Counted from the stretch's first letter, positions 16,795 through 27,513 are shown. The stretch: DNA of 64,000 nucleotides from Prosthecobacter sp. (GCF_034366625.1 NZ_JAXMIH010000012.1:29358-93357), one strand, 5' to 3'. Notes: generated by a model from the sequence alone, not told the origin. Numbers and translations: made by a program.

Positions 16795-19046
16795 TAGAGC
16801 GTTTGGGCGATTTTTTCGAGCTCGTAGCACTCGATGACATCGTTCTCCTCGTAGTCGCTGAAGCCGTTGAGCTTGATGCCGCATTCGAGGCCGTTGCGGA
16901 CCTCGCCCACTTCATCCGTAAAGCGGCGCAAGGTTTCAAAGCCGCCGTCATAGACGGCCTGGCCGTCACGCAGCACGCGGGCGCGTTGCTTGCGCTGCAT
17001 GGTGCCGTCGGTGACAACAGAACCGCCGACGAAGCCCTTGTTGACCTTGAAGACCTGCTTCACGCGGGCGTGGCCGAGGATCTTCTCGCGGGTGATCGGG
17101 TCGAGCAGGCCCTGCATGGCCTCTTTGACCTGATCGATCAATTCGTAGATGATGGAGTAGAGCTTCACCTGCACGCTCTCGCGCTTCGAAACGGTGAGGG
17201 CTTTGTTCTCCACCTTGACGTTGAAGCCGATGATGATGGCGTCGGAGGCGCTGGCGAGCAGCACGTCGGATTCGTTGATGGAGCCGACCTCCTTGTGCAG
17301 GATGTCGAGGTTGCACTTGTCGTTGTTGATGTCGGTGAGGCACTTGGCGATGGCCTCGACCGAACCCTGCACGTCGCACTTGAGGACGACCTTGAGGGCC
17401 TTCTTGTTGCTGTCCTCGATGCTGGCAAAGAGATGCTCCAGGGTGGAGCGGCGCGGGACGGTGAGCTTCTTCTGGCGGATTTCCTCCAGGCGTTCCACGC
17501 TGAGCTTTTTGACATCGCGCTCGTTCTTCATCACGACGACTTCGTCGCCGACGTGGGGCATGTCGCTGAAGCCGATGACCTCGCAGGGCATGCCGGGAAG
17601 GACTTCCTTGATGTTTTCGCCGCGGTCGTTGATGAGCGCCTTGACCTTGCCCCAGTAAGGACCGCAGATGAAGGGCTGGCCGACGGTGAGCGTGCCCTGG
17701 CCGATGATGACGGTGGCCACGGGGCCTTTGCCGGCGACCATCGAGGATTCAATGACGGTGGCGCGGGGTTCGGCCTTCGGATCGGCCTTGAGCTCCAGCA
17801 CTTCGGCCTGGAGGGACATGGTTTCGAGCAGGTTGTCGAGCCCGAGGCCGCTGCGCGCGGAGACCTCCATGCACTCGATCTCACCACCCCAGTCCACCGG
17901 TGCGAGGCCGATGTCTTGAAGCTGGCTTTTCACGCGCATGACGTTCGCGGTGGGCAGATCGCACTTGTTGATGGCGACCATGAGCTGCACGCCGGCCGCC
18001 TTGGCATGGCTGAGCGCCTCCTTGGTCTGCGGCATGATGCCGTCATCGGCGGCGATGACGAGGACGACGATGTCAGTGACGTTGGCACCACGGGCACGCA
18101 TGGCGGAGAACGCGGCGTGACCGGGGGTGTCGATGAAGGTGATGGGCTTGCCGTTGTGGAAGATGCAGTAGGCACCGATGTGCTGCGTGATGCCGCCCGC
18201 CTCTCCAGCGGTGACGGTGGTCTTGCGCAAGGCATCAAGCAGCGAGGTCTTGCCGTGATCGACGTGGCCCATGAAGGTGATGATCGGGGCGCGGAGTTCG
18301 AGCTTTTCCTGCGCCACCTCTTCGACGACCTGGGCGATCGGCTCGACGATGACTTCCTCAATCTTGTGGACTCCGCCGCCTTTCTCACGCTTGTCGCGCT
18401 CGAGCTTGAAGCCGTGCTTCTCACAGATTTTCTCAGCGATCTCGATGTCGATGGCCTTGTCCGCGCTGGCGAAGACTTTGAAGGCGATGAGCTCGGAAAT
18501 GATCTTGAAGGGCTTCAGGCCCATCTTGTCCGCCAGGTCCTTGACCACGATCGGCGGCTTCAGGTGGATGATTTTCTCACCGCTTTCGCCGATTTCAAAG
18601 TCGGGTGCCGGCACATCGGCAGGCGGGGCATGAACGATGGGGACGATCGGCTTCGGTGGTGGCTCGTTCAGCAGTGAGATCGGCGGCAGGGCGTTCTGCT
18701 GTGCGCTTTCATCCGTGACCCGGCGGCGCACCTTGGGCTTGTCGTCATCCTCAAAGAGATTGAGCGCGGCGGCTTTACGCTCGTCCAGCGTGGGTTTGGC
18801 GGGAGCGGCAGGCTCCTCATCCTCCTTCTTCGGCGCGGGTGGAGCTGCTTTTTTGGCTCCCAGATGCGGCAATGATGCATCTTGTTTGGCTGCTCCCCTG
18901 CTCCGGGGCTTCTTGTCCTCAATCAACGAAAGCACCTTGCCTTTGTCCGCTTTTTTGGGCTTGGCGCTTTCGACAGGCACTTCTCCGCTACCGACCTCGT
19001 CGGCGGGAGATTTGCTCTTTTTGGGGGATGAGGACTTGCTGGGCAT
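16794..19046 (-). CDS. infB: Translation initiation factor IF-2
   Basis: [53 protein letters not shown]. Confidence 0.98.
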   Translation of the reverse strand: MPSKSSSPKKSKSPADEVGSGEVPVESAKPKKADKGKVLSLIEDKKPRSRGAAKQDASLPHLGAKKAAPPAPKKEDEEPAAPAKPTLDERKAAALNLFEDDDKPKVRRRVTDESAQQNALPPISLLNEPPPKPIVPIVHAPPADVPAPDFEIGESGEKIIHLKPPIVVKDLADKMGLKPFKIISELIAFKVFASADKAIDIEIAEKICEKHGFKLERDKREKGGGVHKIEEVIVEPIAQVVEEVAQEKLELRAPIITFMGHVDHGKTSLLDALRKTTVTAGEAGGITQHIGAYCIFHNGKPITFIDTPGHAAFSAMRARGANVTDIVVLVIAADDGIMPQTKEALSHAKAAGVQLMVAINKCDLPTANVMRVKSQLQDIGLAPVDWGGEIECMEVSARSGLGLDNLLETMSLQAEVLELKADPKAEPRATVIESSMVAGKGPVATVIIGQGTLTVGQPFICGPYWGKVKALINDRGENIKEVLPGMPCEVIGFSDMPHVGDEVVVMKNERDVKKLSVERLEEIRQKKLTVPRRSTLEHLFASIEDSNKKALKVVLKCDVQGSVEAIAKCLTDINNDKCNLDILHKEVGSINESDVLLASASDAIIIGFNVKVENKALTVSKRESVQVKLYSIIYELIDQVKEAMQGLLDPITREKILGHARVKQVFKVNKGFVGGSVVTDGTMQRKQRARVLRDGQAVYDGGFETLRRFTDEVGEVRNGLECGIKLNGFSDYEENDVIECYELEKIAQTL

Positions 19047-19135
19047 GAGAGAGTTTGATCTGGCGAGCGGCGTGGGGTGCTGGCTGGTCGGAGAGTTGGA
19101 GGTTGTTTGAAAGTTTTTTCATGGCGGCACAGGGG

Positions 19136-20398
19136 CTACTCCTTTGCAGGAGCGGAAGCGTGTGCTTTGGCCTTGTCGAAAATCTGCTGCGCCAGGGCGC
19201 TGTCGCCACCGAGAATTTCCGTGAGATCGCTGACGTCGGCGTCGGCAAAACTGCGCAGGTCGGCGAGGCCGCCTTGAGTCAGCAGACGTGCGGTATCTTC
19301 GTTGATGCCCAGGGCATCCACCAGATGATGCACCGCGCTGCCAATCTGACCTTCAAAGACCTCGGCGGCGTGCTGATCCTTCTCGATGACGAGGTCCATG
19401 CCGACAAGGCGTGACGTCAGGCGTGCATTCTGACCGCGGCGGCCGATGGCCTTCGAAAGATCCTCCTCAGTGACCGTGAGGCGGGCCTCCTTCTTCTCCG
19501 GATTCACGTGGATGGACATGACCTTGATCGGTTTCAAGGCCTCACGGACGAACTCGGCGGGATCGGACTTCCAGCGGATGATGTCCACTTTTTCGTTGTT
19601 CAGCTCGCGCACGATGTTTTTCACACGCGCACCACGCAGACCGACGCAAGCGCCGACGGGGTCGACTTTTTCATCGGCGCTGTGCACGGCCACCTTGGTG
19701 CGATAACCGGCTTCACGCGCGATGCTGGCGATCTCGACCGTGCGGTCACCGATTTCGCTGACTTCAAACTCAAACAGACGACGAACAAAATTCGGATGCG
19801 CGCGGGAGAGGATGATCTCCGGTCCGCGACCGCTGTCTTTTTCCACCGCTTTCACATAGAAGCGCATGCGGTCGCCGGGCGTGTAGTCCTCGGTGGACAC
19901 CCGCTCCTTCGAGGTCATCACACCTTCGAACTTGCCGAGATCGACGATGACATCAGACTTCTCAAAACGACGCACCACGCCGCTGACGACGTCGCCGGTG
20001 CGGTCCTTGAACTCGTCATACAGGTTTTCCTTCTCCGCCATGCGCAGGCGCTGCAGCATCGTCTGCTTCGCAGTCTGCGCGGCGATGCGGCCCATGTTGT
20101 TCGGCGTGACTTCGACTTCGATCTCGTCGCCGATCACCGCGTTCTTCTTGAACCGTTTGGCGGTGGCGAGCGGGAGCTCCTCCCAGCGGTTGGTGACGGT
20201 CTCCACGGCAAGCAGCTTGGCGAAAGCCTTGATGGTTCCTTTGTCAGGATCAACGTCGATGCGCAGTTCACGCGCGGGACCGATGCTTTTCTTGGAGGCG
20301 GCGAGCAATGCCTGCGACAGAGCCTCGACCATTTTAGCACGGTCGATGCCTTTCTCTTTCTCGTAGTAGTCGAAAAGGGCTTTTAATTCGCTGATCAT
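19136..20398 (-). CDS. nusA: Transcription termination/antitermination factor NusA
   Basis: GRIAAQTAKQ, S1 domain, IILSRAHP, REAGYRTKVAV, DPVGACVG, AIGRRGQNARL. Confidence 0.98.
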   Translation of the reverse strand: MISELKALFDYYEKEKGIDRAKMVEALSQALLAASKKSIGPARELRIDVDPDKGTIKAFAKLLAVETVTNRWEELPLATAKRFKKNAVIGDEIEVEVTPNNMGRIAAQTAKQTMLQRLRMAEKENLYDEFKDRTGDVVSGVVRRFEKSDVIVDLGKFEGVMTSKERVSTEDYTPGDRMRFYVKAVEKDSGRGPEIILSRAHPNFVRRLFEFEVSEIGDRTVEIASIAREAGYRTKVAVHSADEKVDPVGACVGLRGARVKNIVRELNNEKVDIIRWKSDPAEFVREALKPIKVMSIHVNPEKKEARLTVTEEDLSKAIGRRGQNARLTSRLVGMDLVIEKDQHAAEVFEGQIGSAVHHLVDALGINEDTARLLTQGGLADLRSFADADVSDLTEILGGDSALAQQIFDKAKAHASAPAKE

Positions 20399-20422
20399 AT
20401 GAAATTCGTGATGTCACCAGAC

Positions 20423-20450
20423 AAAAAAGAGCGGGGAAGACCCCACTCTC
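20423..20450 (-). terminator. Intrinsic terminator/attenuator in the nusA leader
   Basis: Minus strand GAGUGGGG-UCUU-CCCCGCUC-UUUUUU ends about 25 nt before the nusA ATG. Confidence 0.75.
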
Positions 20451-20608
20451 GCCGTTAAAACGCTAATTCTGTCCGGGAAGGACGCGGATCATAAAGGCGT
20501 GTTAGGAATCAGCAAGCAGAAAAATGCGTGGAATTCCGCAGTGTCAGCAGGCGTTTTGATGATCGCGAATCCGGCCCGTTTCACCCGTGCTTTACCCCGC
20601 TCCCAACC

Positions 20609-22033
20609 ATGCGTCCCCTCCTGCTCGCCCTCCTTTCGTCATTCATCATTCCGCATGCGTCATTCGCCGCCACATCACCCAACATCGTCATCATCTTCAT
20701 GGATGACATGGGCTATGCCGACGTAGGTTGCTTCGGCGCGCAGGGCTACCAGACACCGAACATCGACAAGCTGGCCGCCGAGGGCCGCAAGTTCACCAAT
20801 TTCCACGTCGCACAGCCGGTGTGCAGCGCCTCCCGCACCGCGCTGCTGACGGGCTGCTATCCGAACCGCGTCGGCATTCATGGAGCGCTCGGGCCATCGG
20901 CCAAACATGGTATCAACGCCGACGAAATGACCATCGCCGAACTGGTGAAGCAAAAAGGCTACGCCACTGCCGCCGTCGGCAAATGGCATCTCGGTTCGCT
21001 GCCACAATTTTTGCCTGTGAAGCACGGCTTCGACGAGTACTACGGCATTCCCTACTCCAACGACATGTGGCCCTACCATCCGCAGGCCAAAAAGGGTGCG
21101 TATCCGAAGCTCCCGATGGTCGAAAATGACCGCATCGTCGATGAAGAGATCACGCCCGAGGATCAAACCCACCTCACCACCGATTACACTGAACGCGGCG
21201 TGCGTTTCATCCAGAAGAACAAGGACAAGCCCTTCTTCCTCTACCTCGCCCACAGCATGGTGCATGTGCCGTTGTTTGTGAGTGACAAATTCAAGGGCAA
21301 ATCCGGCAAGGGGCTCTTTGGCGATGTCATGATGGAGGTGGACTGGTCCGTCGGTCGAATCATTGACACGCTGAAGGAAAACGGCCTCGAAGACAACACC
21401 TGGGTCATCTTCACCTCCGACAACGGCCCCTGGCTCAGCTATGGCGAACACGCCGGCAGCGCCGGGCCGCTGCGCGAAGGCAAAGGCACCTGCTGGGAGG
21501 GTGGCACCCGCGTGGCGGGCCTCATGAAATGGCCCGGCAAGATTCCTGCCGGCACCACCACCGACACGATGATGATGACCATCGATCTCCTGCCCACCAT
21601 CGCCCACGTCATCGACGCGAAACTGCCTGAGCACACAATCGACGGCCTCAACTGCTGGCCCGTCGTTTCCGGTGAACCCGGCGCGAAGAACCCGCACGAT
21701 TTCTATGCGTTCTACTACGAGCAAAACCAGCTCCAGGCCATCACCAGTGGCGACGGGCGCTGGAAGCTCCAGCTTCCCCACTCCTTCCGCAGCCTGCCCA
21801 CCGACCTTCCCAAGGCCACGGGCGGCAAACCGGTGAACTACAAGCCGGTCAAGATCGTCCAGCCTGAACTCTACGATCTCTACACCGACATCAGCGAATC
21901 CAAAAATCTGGCCGCCGGAAATCCTGACGAGGTTGCCAGGCTCCAGAAGTTCGCGGACACCATCCGCGCTGAACTCGGGGACAGCCTCATGAAGTTGCCC
22001 AAGGGGGCGGGCAGCCGCGAAGCCGGAAAGTAG
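20609..22033 (+). CDS. Sulfatase (family S1), secreted
   Basis: PNIVIIFMDDMGYAD, CSASR variant motif, LLTG, VGKWHLG, FTSDNG, WEGGTRV. Confidence 0.94.
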   Translation: MRPLLLALLSSFIIPHASFAATSPNIVIIFMDDMGYADVGCFGAQGYQTPNIDKLAAEGRKFTNFHVAQPVCSASRTALLTGCYPNRVGIHGALGPSAKHGINADEMTIAELVKQKGYATAAVGKWHLGSLPQFLPVKHGFDEYYGIPYSNDMWPYHPQAKKGAYPKLPMVENDRIVDEEITPEDQTHLTTDYTERGVRFIQKNKDKPFFLYLAHSMVHVPLFVSDKFKGKSGKGLFGDVMMEVDWSVGRIIDTLKENGLEDNTWVIFTSDNGPWLSYGEHAGSAGPLREGKGTCWEGGTRVAGLMKWPGKIPAGTTTDTMMMTIDLLPTIAHVIDAKLPEHTIDGLNCWPVVSGEPGAKNPHDFYAFYYEQNQLQAITSGDGRWKLQLPHSFRSLPTDLPKATGGKPVNYKPVKIVQPELYDLYTDISESKNLAAGNPDEVARLQKFADTIRAELGDSLMKLPKGAGSREAGK

Positions 22034-22186
22034 GCAAGATGAGGTTGGTGGAGCGGCGGGACTTCAATCACGTCCAACCCAGCCGTTTCCATCATTTTTG
22101 CGAATGCCTGATTGCGAATTGTCATTGAGGCGGGCATAGGCTTTAATTTCCGCCCTCTCAAACCGTCTTCCGCCTCTCCCTCAGTC

Positions 22187-23152
22187 ATGATTGATGTTCA
22201 GAACCTCACCAAGCAGTATGCCGGGCGCACTGCGGTGAACAGCATCTCTTTCAAGGTGGAACCTGGGGAGATCGTGGGATTTCTCGGCCCGAACGGTGCA
22301 GGAAAATCGACCACGATGCGGATTCTCAGCGGCTACATGCCGGCCACCTCAGGCCGTGTGCAGGTGGCGGGTTTTGATGTCTTCCAGCAGTCGATCGCGG
22401 TACGGCAGTCGGTGGGCTACATGCCGGAGATGGCCCCGCTCTACACCGACATGAAAGTCAAAGAGTACCTGCGTTTCCGTGCGGAGCTGAAGGGCCTCTC
22501 CGGCCACGAGATGCGCCGCCGCGTGGGCGAGGTGATGGAGCTGACCGGAGTCACCGACATGCGAAAGCGTTTGATCGGCAATCTCTCCAAAGGCTACCGG
22601 CAGCGCGTGGCGCTGGCCGATGCACTGGTGCACAAGCCCAAGCTGCTCATTCTCGACGAGCCGACCAACGGCCTCGATCCCGTGCAAATCCGCCATGTGC
22701 GCGATCTGCTGCGCAGCTTAAAATCAAAGCACACCGTGCTTCTTTCCACGCACATCCTGCATGAGGTCGAGCAGACCTGCGACCGTGTGATCATGATCCA
22801 TCAAGGCCGCCTCCGCGCCAATGACACGCCGCAGAATCTAACGCGCCAGTTGCGCTCCACCACGCTGCTGCACCTGGAGATCGACGGCCAGGGCAATCTG
22901 GCGGAAAAACTCGCCGCCCTCCCCGGCGTGCGCAAAACCACGGAGGAAAAGCTGATCGCACATCCTTGGCGGCGTTTCTCCCTGCGCGTGGAGCCGGATC
23001 AGGACATTCGTGACGCGGTGATGGAACTCGCCATGAAGCAGAAATGGCGCATCCGCGAGATGCACCGCCAGCTTCCCACCTTGGAGGACGTCTTCGTCGA
23101 GCTCTCCATGAACGCGGGCACGCCCACCGACATTCCCACCCACGTTCTATGA
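22187..23152 (+). CDS. ABC transporter ATP-binding protein (GldA-like)
   Basis: Walker A GPNGAGKST, signature LSKGYRQR, LILDEPT, STH. Confidence 0.95.
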   Translation: MIDVQNLTKQYAGRTAVNSISFKVEPGEIVGFLGPNGAGKSTTMRILSGYMPATSGRVQVAGFDVFQQSIAVRQSVGYMPEMAPLYTDMKVKEYLRFRAELKGLSGHEMRRRVGEVMELTGVTDMRKRLIGNLSKGYRQRVALADALVHKPKLLILDEPTNGLDPVQIRHVRDLLRSLKSKHTVLLSTHILHEVEQTCDRVIMIHQGRLRANDTPQNLTRQLRSTTLLHLEIDGQGNLAEKLAALPGVRKTTEEKLIAHPWRRFSLRVEPDQDIRDAVMELAMKQKWRIREMHRQLPTLEDVFVELSMNAGTPTDIPTHVL

Positions 23153-23907
23153 GGATCTTTTGGATTCTGCTCAAGAAAGAGCTGCACGCCTTCTTCGTCT
23201 CGCCCGTCGCCTACGTGGTGCTGGCGCTGGTCATGGTGCTCAACGGCTTTGCTTTCCGCGCCGCCCTGTCCGTGCTGGAAAGCGCCCCAAGCGAAGGCTC
23301 CATCGTCAGTTGGACCTTCCACGCCATGTGGTTCTGGCTGTCCTACTTCTTCATCTTCCCGCTGCTGACGATGCGCCTCTTTGCGGAGGAGAAAAAGATG
23401 GGCACGCTGGAGACTTTGTTCACCGCTCCGGTGCGCGCCTGGCAGGTGGTGGGCTCCAAATACCTCGCCTCGGTCATCGTGTACTGCGTGCTCTGGCTGC
23501 CCAGCCTGTTCAATTTCAAATTCTCCCAGTGGATCTCCGCCGGACAGGTGGAAGTACCTGCCGGTGCAATGCAGGGAGCATTTCTCATTCTGGTCGTGAT
23601 GGGCATGTTCAACCTTGCCGTCGGTTGTTTCGCCTCGTCTCTGACGGCGAATCAGATTGTGGCCGCGATCCTTTCATTCACGCTGAGCTTGTTGCATTTC
23701 CTGATGGGCATCTTCATCATGGTCGTGGGTCGCAAGCTCTCCGACACCATCGTGGACATCGTCAATTACTTCGCCGCCACGGAGCATATCCGCATCTTCA
23801 CCGCCGGACTCATCGACAGCCGGGCGCTGGTCTATTATCTCAGCATGTCGCTGCTGTTCCTCACCTTCACGCATCACGTCGTCGAGTTCCGCCGCTGGCG
23901 TCCGTGA
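23149..23907 (+). CDS. ABC-2 type permease (GldF-like)
   Basis: KELHAFFVSPVAY, EEKKMGTLETLFTAPV, GLIDSRALVYY. ATGA overlap with the ATPase. Confidence 0.9.
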   Translation: MRIFWILLKKELHAFFVSPVAYVVLALVMVLNGFAFRAALSVLESAPSEGSIVSWTFHAMWFWLSYFFIFPLLTMRLFAEEKKMGTLETLFTAPVRAWQVVGSKYLASVIVYCVLWLPSLFNFKFSQWISAGQVEVPAGAMQGAFLILVVMGMFNLAVGCFASSLTANQIVAAILSFTLSLLHFLMGIFIMVVGRKLSDTIVDIVNYFAATEHIRIFTAGLIDSRALVYYLSMSLLFLTFTHHVVEFRRWRP

Positions 23908-23927
23908 ACGCCGACTGATTCACCACC

Positions 23928-25430
23928 ATGCCGGATTCTGTCCAGAAACACCCACCCGCCGCCGCGCAGGCAAAGCCGCTCGACATGCCCAAGCGCTACG
24001 GCATCGGCATCAATGTCGTCATCCAGATCATCCTCGCGCTGGCGCTGTTCGCAGGCATCAACCGTCTCAACTACCGTCACTACTGGCGCTGGGATCTCAG
24101 CCCCAGCCAGGATTACACCCTGAGTCAGGCCACGCTGAACTACCTGACCAGCCTCACCCGCGACGTGCAGATTTACATCGTTTTTGGCCGTGACTCCAAG
24201 GTGTATGGCGAGGCGCAGTCGTTGCTGGAGGAATACCGCCTGCATGGCAGGCAGCGTGTCAAAGTCCGCTCCATTGATCCCGTCCGTGACATCGAGCGCG
24301 CCGAGCAGCTCAAGGCAGACACCGGGCTCTCACTCGCGCAAAACGGCGTCCTCGTCCGCTGTGGTGTGAATAAACGCTTCATCACCGAGGAGGAGCTTGT
24401 CATCCGTGAGTCAGGCACCAGCACGAACAAGCAGATCATCGAGTTTCGCGGAGAGGACGCCATCAGCTCCGCCCTCATCTCCGTCGTCGAAGGCCGTGTG
24501 CGTCGATTCTACTATGTCGTCGGCAAGGGCAGCCGTTCAGACGCCGCCCAGAGTGATGCTCACAATGCCGCCATCGATCTTGGCAAGCAGCAGAATTTTG
24601 AAGTCATCCAGGCCAACCTCTCCGAAATCAGCCGCATCCCCGAGGATGCTGACGGACTGTTCATTCTGGGCGCACGCTATGACCTTTCCGAGCGTGAAAT
24701 CGGCATGCTCGACGATTATTGGAAAAGCAAACGTGCGGGCGTTTTCATCATGCTCGACCCAGGCGGCGAAACAACACGCCTCAACGCCTTCCTCAACGCC
24801 AACGGGGTGCGTCCGCGAGGAGACCGCGTGCTCACCGCCGAAAGCACCAGCACCGGTGCCAGAAAGGAGTTCTCGGTGATCGCCGAGTTCATGAAGGACG
24901 TTCCCTTTATCCGTCATCTGGCCTCGTCGGCAGTCACGCTGGCCGGACAGTCAGAATCCTTGGAACTGCGCGACCAGGACAACGCGCTCAAAGAGCAGTC
25001 CATCAGTGTTCAGCCACTCGTCCGAGCCTCGCCGCGCTATTGGGGGGAACGTCAATTTCTTGAGGAGCTGCCTGTCGTTGATGAGGAGGACACCCTGCCC
25101 CCCATTTATCTGGCAGCCAGCATCGAGCGTGGTGCCGTGCGTGACGAAAGCCAGCGAGCCGACAGCTCGCGCATGGTGGTGGTCTCCAATGCCACCCTGC
25201 TCGACAAGCAGACCATGCTTGCCGTGAACCGCGATTTCGTAGCCGCCGGGCTGAACTGGCTGATGAACCGCGAGAGTAACATCGGCATCCCCACCAAGTC
25301 CAAACGCTCCTACCGAATCCAGCTCACCTCACGCCAGCATGAGCTGATCTTCTGGATCACCTCCATCACCCTGCCCGGCATCGTCTTGGGACTGGGTTTC
25401 CTGGTCTGGGCCAGCCGGCGGGCCGCATGA
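23928..25430 (+). CDS. GldG-like ABC auxiliary component
   Basis: N-terminal TM, RWDLS...YTLS, IDP, large periplasmic domain, NRDF..AGLNWL, C-terminal TM. Confidence 0.8.
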   Translation: MPDSVQKHPPAAAQAKPLDMPKRYGIGINVVIQIILALALFAGINRLNYRHYWRWDLSPSQDYTLSQATLNYLTSLTRDVQIYIVFGRDSKVYGEAQSLLEEYRLHGRQRVKVRSIDPVRDIERAEQLKADTGLSLAQNGVLVRCGVNKRFITEEELVIRESGTSTNKQIIEFRGEDAISSALISVVEGRVRRFYYVVGKGSRSDAAQSDAHNAAIDLGKQQNFEVIQANLSEISRIPEDADGLFILGARYDLSEREIGMLDDYWKSKRAGVFIMLDPGGETTRLNAFLNANGVRPRGDRVLTAESTSTGARKEFSVIAEFMKDVPFIRHLASSAVTLAGQSESLELRDQDNALKEQSISVQPLVRASPRYWGERQFLEELPVVDEEDTLPPIYLAASIERGAVRDESQRADSSRMVVVSNATLLDKQTMLAVNRDFVAAGLNWLMNRESNIGIPTKSKRSYRIQLTSRQHELIFWITSITLPGIVLGLGFLVWASRRAA

Positions 25431-25443
25431 ACTGATTTTGAGC

Positions 25444-27297
25444 ATGAGCGCACGCACCACCCTTCTCCTGTTCCTGCTGGTCGCCGCTGTAGGCGCGATC
25501 ATCCTCGGCATTGAGCGCTACTTCCCCTCCGCCCAGGAGCTGCGTGAGATCAAACGCGGCCCCACCCGCTTCGAGGCGGAGAAGGTCACCCGAGTCGAGG
25601 TGCTCACCGCCGAGAACACACCGCTCACCCTCGTGCGTGACGGCAATGCCTGGCAGATCGAGGCGCCGTTCAATGACCTGGCCGATCCGCAAAAGGTCGC
25701 CGCGCTCATCCTCACTCTTGCCGGTGTTGAATGGATCGAGCGCATCCACCGCGAGGAATTCGATGACGGGGAGTGGCAAAAAACCGGCCTCGATCAGCCG
25801 CGCTACAAGGTGCGCCTGCTCGCCGGTGACGCCGTGGTGCATGAATGCTGGTTTGGTGCGCCGGCTGTCGTCGAAAACAGCATTTACATCGGCATCCCCG
25901 ATTCCAAAACCCAGGACACCGCGTGGTATCTCGCCAAGAGCGAGGCACCAGCCGTTCTCCAAATTCCCGCCGCCTCCTGGCGTGACCCGAAGCTGCTCCG
26001 CCTGCCCGCCGAAGTCATCACTGGCATCACCCTGAGCCAGGCTTCCGGCCAAATCGTGCTTTCCCGCGAAAACGAGCACACCCCATGGTCGCTCGACAAG
26101 CCGCTCAAAACCCGAGGCAGCAAGGAACGCATCACCGAACTGCTCTCCACGCTCCTCAACATCGAGATCGTCGAGGCCAGGGACAACTCCGCCACGACAA
26201 ACGGCCACACGGCCAAGGCTGCTGATGCCCAGACCACTCCTGTGGATGAGATCAAAGTGACCATCGAATCCAAACCACGCGGCAAGTCTTACGAGATCAC
26301 ACTGAAGAAACCCGCCGACGCGAAACAGGCGGTCACCTCTGCCACCGCGGCCCACCGCAAATCGGCCTTCACTGTGGCCGCTAAAAACCTCTCCAACCTC
26401 TGGGTCAATCCCAACTCGTTGCGTGATCACCTGCTCGCCCAGATCGATGGTGAGCGTCTTGATTTCATCACCATCACCAGCAAAACACACCCGGAGATCA
26501 ATCTGCGCAACGAAAACGGTTCATGGTATCTCCTGCGTCATGGCAAATGGGATCCTGCCAACGGTGACCGCATCGCCCGCTGCCTCAATGCGCTCAACAC
26601 CCATGAGATTCTCCAGTTCACCGCCGACACGGCCGCTGATCTCGCCCCTTACGGTCTCAATGATCCTTTCCAAACCATCACCTGGACCCCCTCACGCGAA
26701 AAGCCGGTGAAACTCATGTTTGGCCATAATGCCGACAACACCCAGTTCTTCGCCAAATACGACAACGAGCCGTTCATTTACCGCATTGATGCCTCCATAC
26801 TGCCTTCATTGCCCACCGACGGCATCAAATGGAAGGGCCTCGGCGCTCTGCGCTTCACCACCTTTGCCCTCCGCCGCATCACCATGTCCCGCGGTGCCAC
26901 GGCCACCATCACCCTCGACTACAATCCCGTCACTGCGGAATGGAAAGCAACGCGCGGCGGTCATGATGTCACCGAGGAAATCGACCGCGTGAAGGCTGAT
27001 CAGCTCGCCAACCATCTTGCCCGTTTTACCGTGCAGGATTGGGCTGCTGACCGCTCCGACGCGCTTCAGGCCCTGCAGAACCCTTTTCTCACCATCCAGG
27101 TCGTCCTTGGCGAACCCGGCCGTACAGACGGCCCTGTGCGAGAGGTTGAAATCCTCTTCTCCCCCACGCAGCCCAATGCCGAAACCGCGTTCTACTTTGG
27201 TCAGATCAAAGGCGACCCCGATATTTTCTACATGACCCGCACTGCGCTCCTCCAAAGTTTCGGCGAATCTGTCTTCAAGCCGAAGCCGGTGAGGTGA
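25444..27297 (+). CDS. DUF4340-like domain protein (N-terminal anchor, repeated domains)
   Basis: Follows the GldG-like gene. Recurring motifs LVRDGNAWQI/W.L.KP, DLAPYGLNDP. Confidence 0.7.
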   Translation: MSARTTLLLFLLVAAVGAIILGIERYFPSAQELREIKRGPTRFEAEKVTRVEVLTAENTPLTLVRDGNAWQIEAPFNDLADPQKVAALILTLAGVEWIERIHREEFDDGEWQKTGLDQPRYKVRLLAGDAVVHECWFGAPAVVENSIYIGIPDSKTQDTAWYLAKSEAPAVLQIPAASWRDPKLLRLPAEVITGITLSQASGQIVLSRENEHTPWSLDKPLKTRGSKERITELLSTLLNIEIVEARDNSATTNGHTAKAADAQTTPVDEIKVTIESKPRGKSYEITLKKPADAKQAVTSATAAHRKSAFTVAAKNLSNLWVNPNSLRDHLLAQIDGERLDFITITSKTHPEINLRNENGSWYLLRHGKWDPANGDRIARCLNALNTHEILQFTADTAADLAPYGLNDPFQTITWTPSREKPVKLMFGHNADNTQFFAKYDNEPFIYRIDASILPSLPTDGIKWKGLGALRFTTFALRRITMSRGATATITLDYNPVTAEWKATRGGHDVTEEIDRVKADQLANHLARFTVQDWAADRSDALQALQNPFLTIQVVLGEPGRTDGPVREVEILFSPTQPNAETAFYFGQIKGDPDIFYMTRTALLQSFGESVFKPKPVR

Positions 27298-27330
27298 TTC
27301 ATTCGTGCGCTTCAGCGCAGCGTATTAAAA

Positions 27331-27421
27331 TGGCGGTGAGGGAGGGATTCGAACCCTCGGTAGCTGTTAAGGCTACGCATCTTTAGCAAAGATGTGCTTT
27401 CGACCACTCAGCCACCTCACC
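27331..27421 (-). tRNA. tRNA-Ser (GCT), long variable arm, encoded CCA
   Basis: GGTGAGGTGGCTGAGTGGTCGAAAGCA-CATCT-TTGCTAA-AGATG-CGTAGCCTTAACAGCTACC-GAGGGTTCGAATCCCTC-CCTCACCGCCA. Confidence 0.97.
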
Positions 27422-27452
27422 GTTGCGCTCCGCCGGTCGGGCGGCGCGGCGC

Positions 27453-27482
27453 TATTTAGCGTGAAGCGTGGGAGATCGTCAA
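27453..27482 (-). promoter_or_regulatory. Putative sigma-70 promoter of tRNA-Ser with GC-rich discriminator
   Basis: Minus strand TTGACG, 17-18 nt spacer, (C)TAAATA, then gcgccgcgcc. Confidence 0.5.
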
Positions 27483-27513
27483 ACGAAATGTCATCTCGAA
27501 GCACAACTCAGCC

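Noticed and set aside
16803-18677. Long + strand ORF (624 aa), and similar ones at 59463..61964, 39090..40574, 19508..20386, 20675..21781 and 62758..63984
   Set aside because: Antisense shadows of well-recognised genes (infB, ftsK, heme protein, nusA, sulfatase, methyltransferase), expected in high-GC DNA; no motifs.
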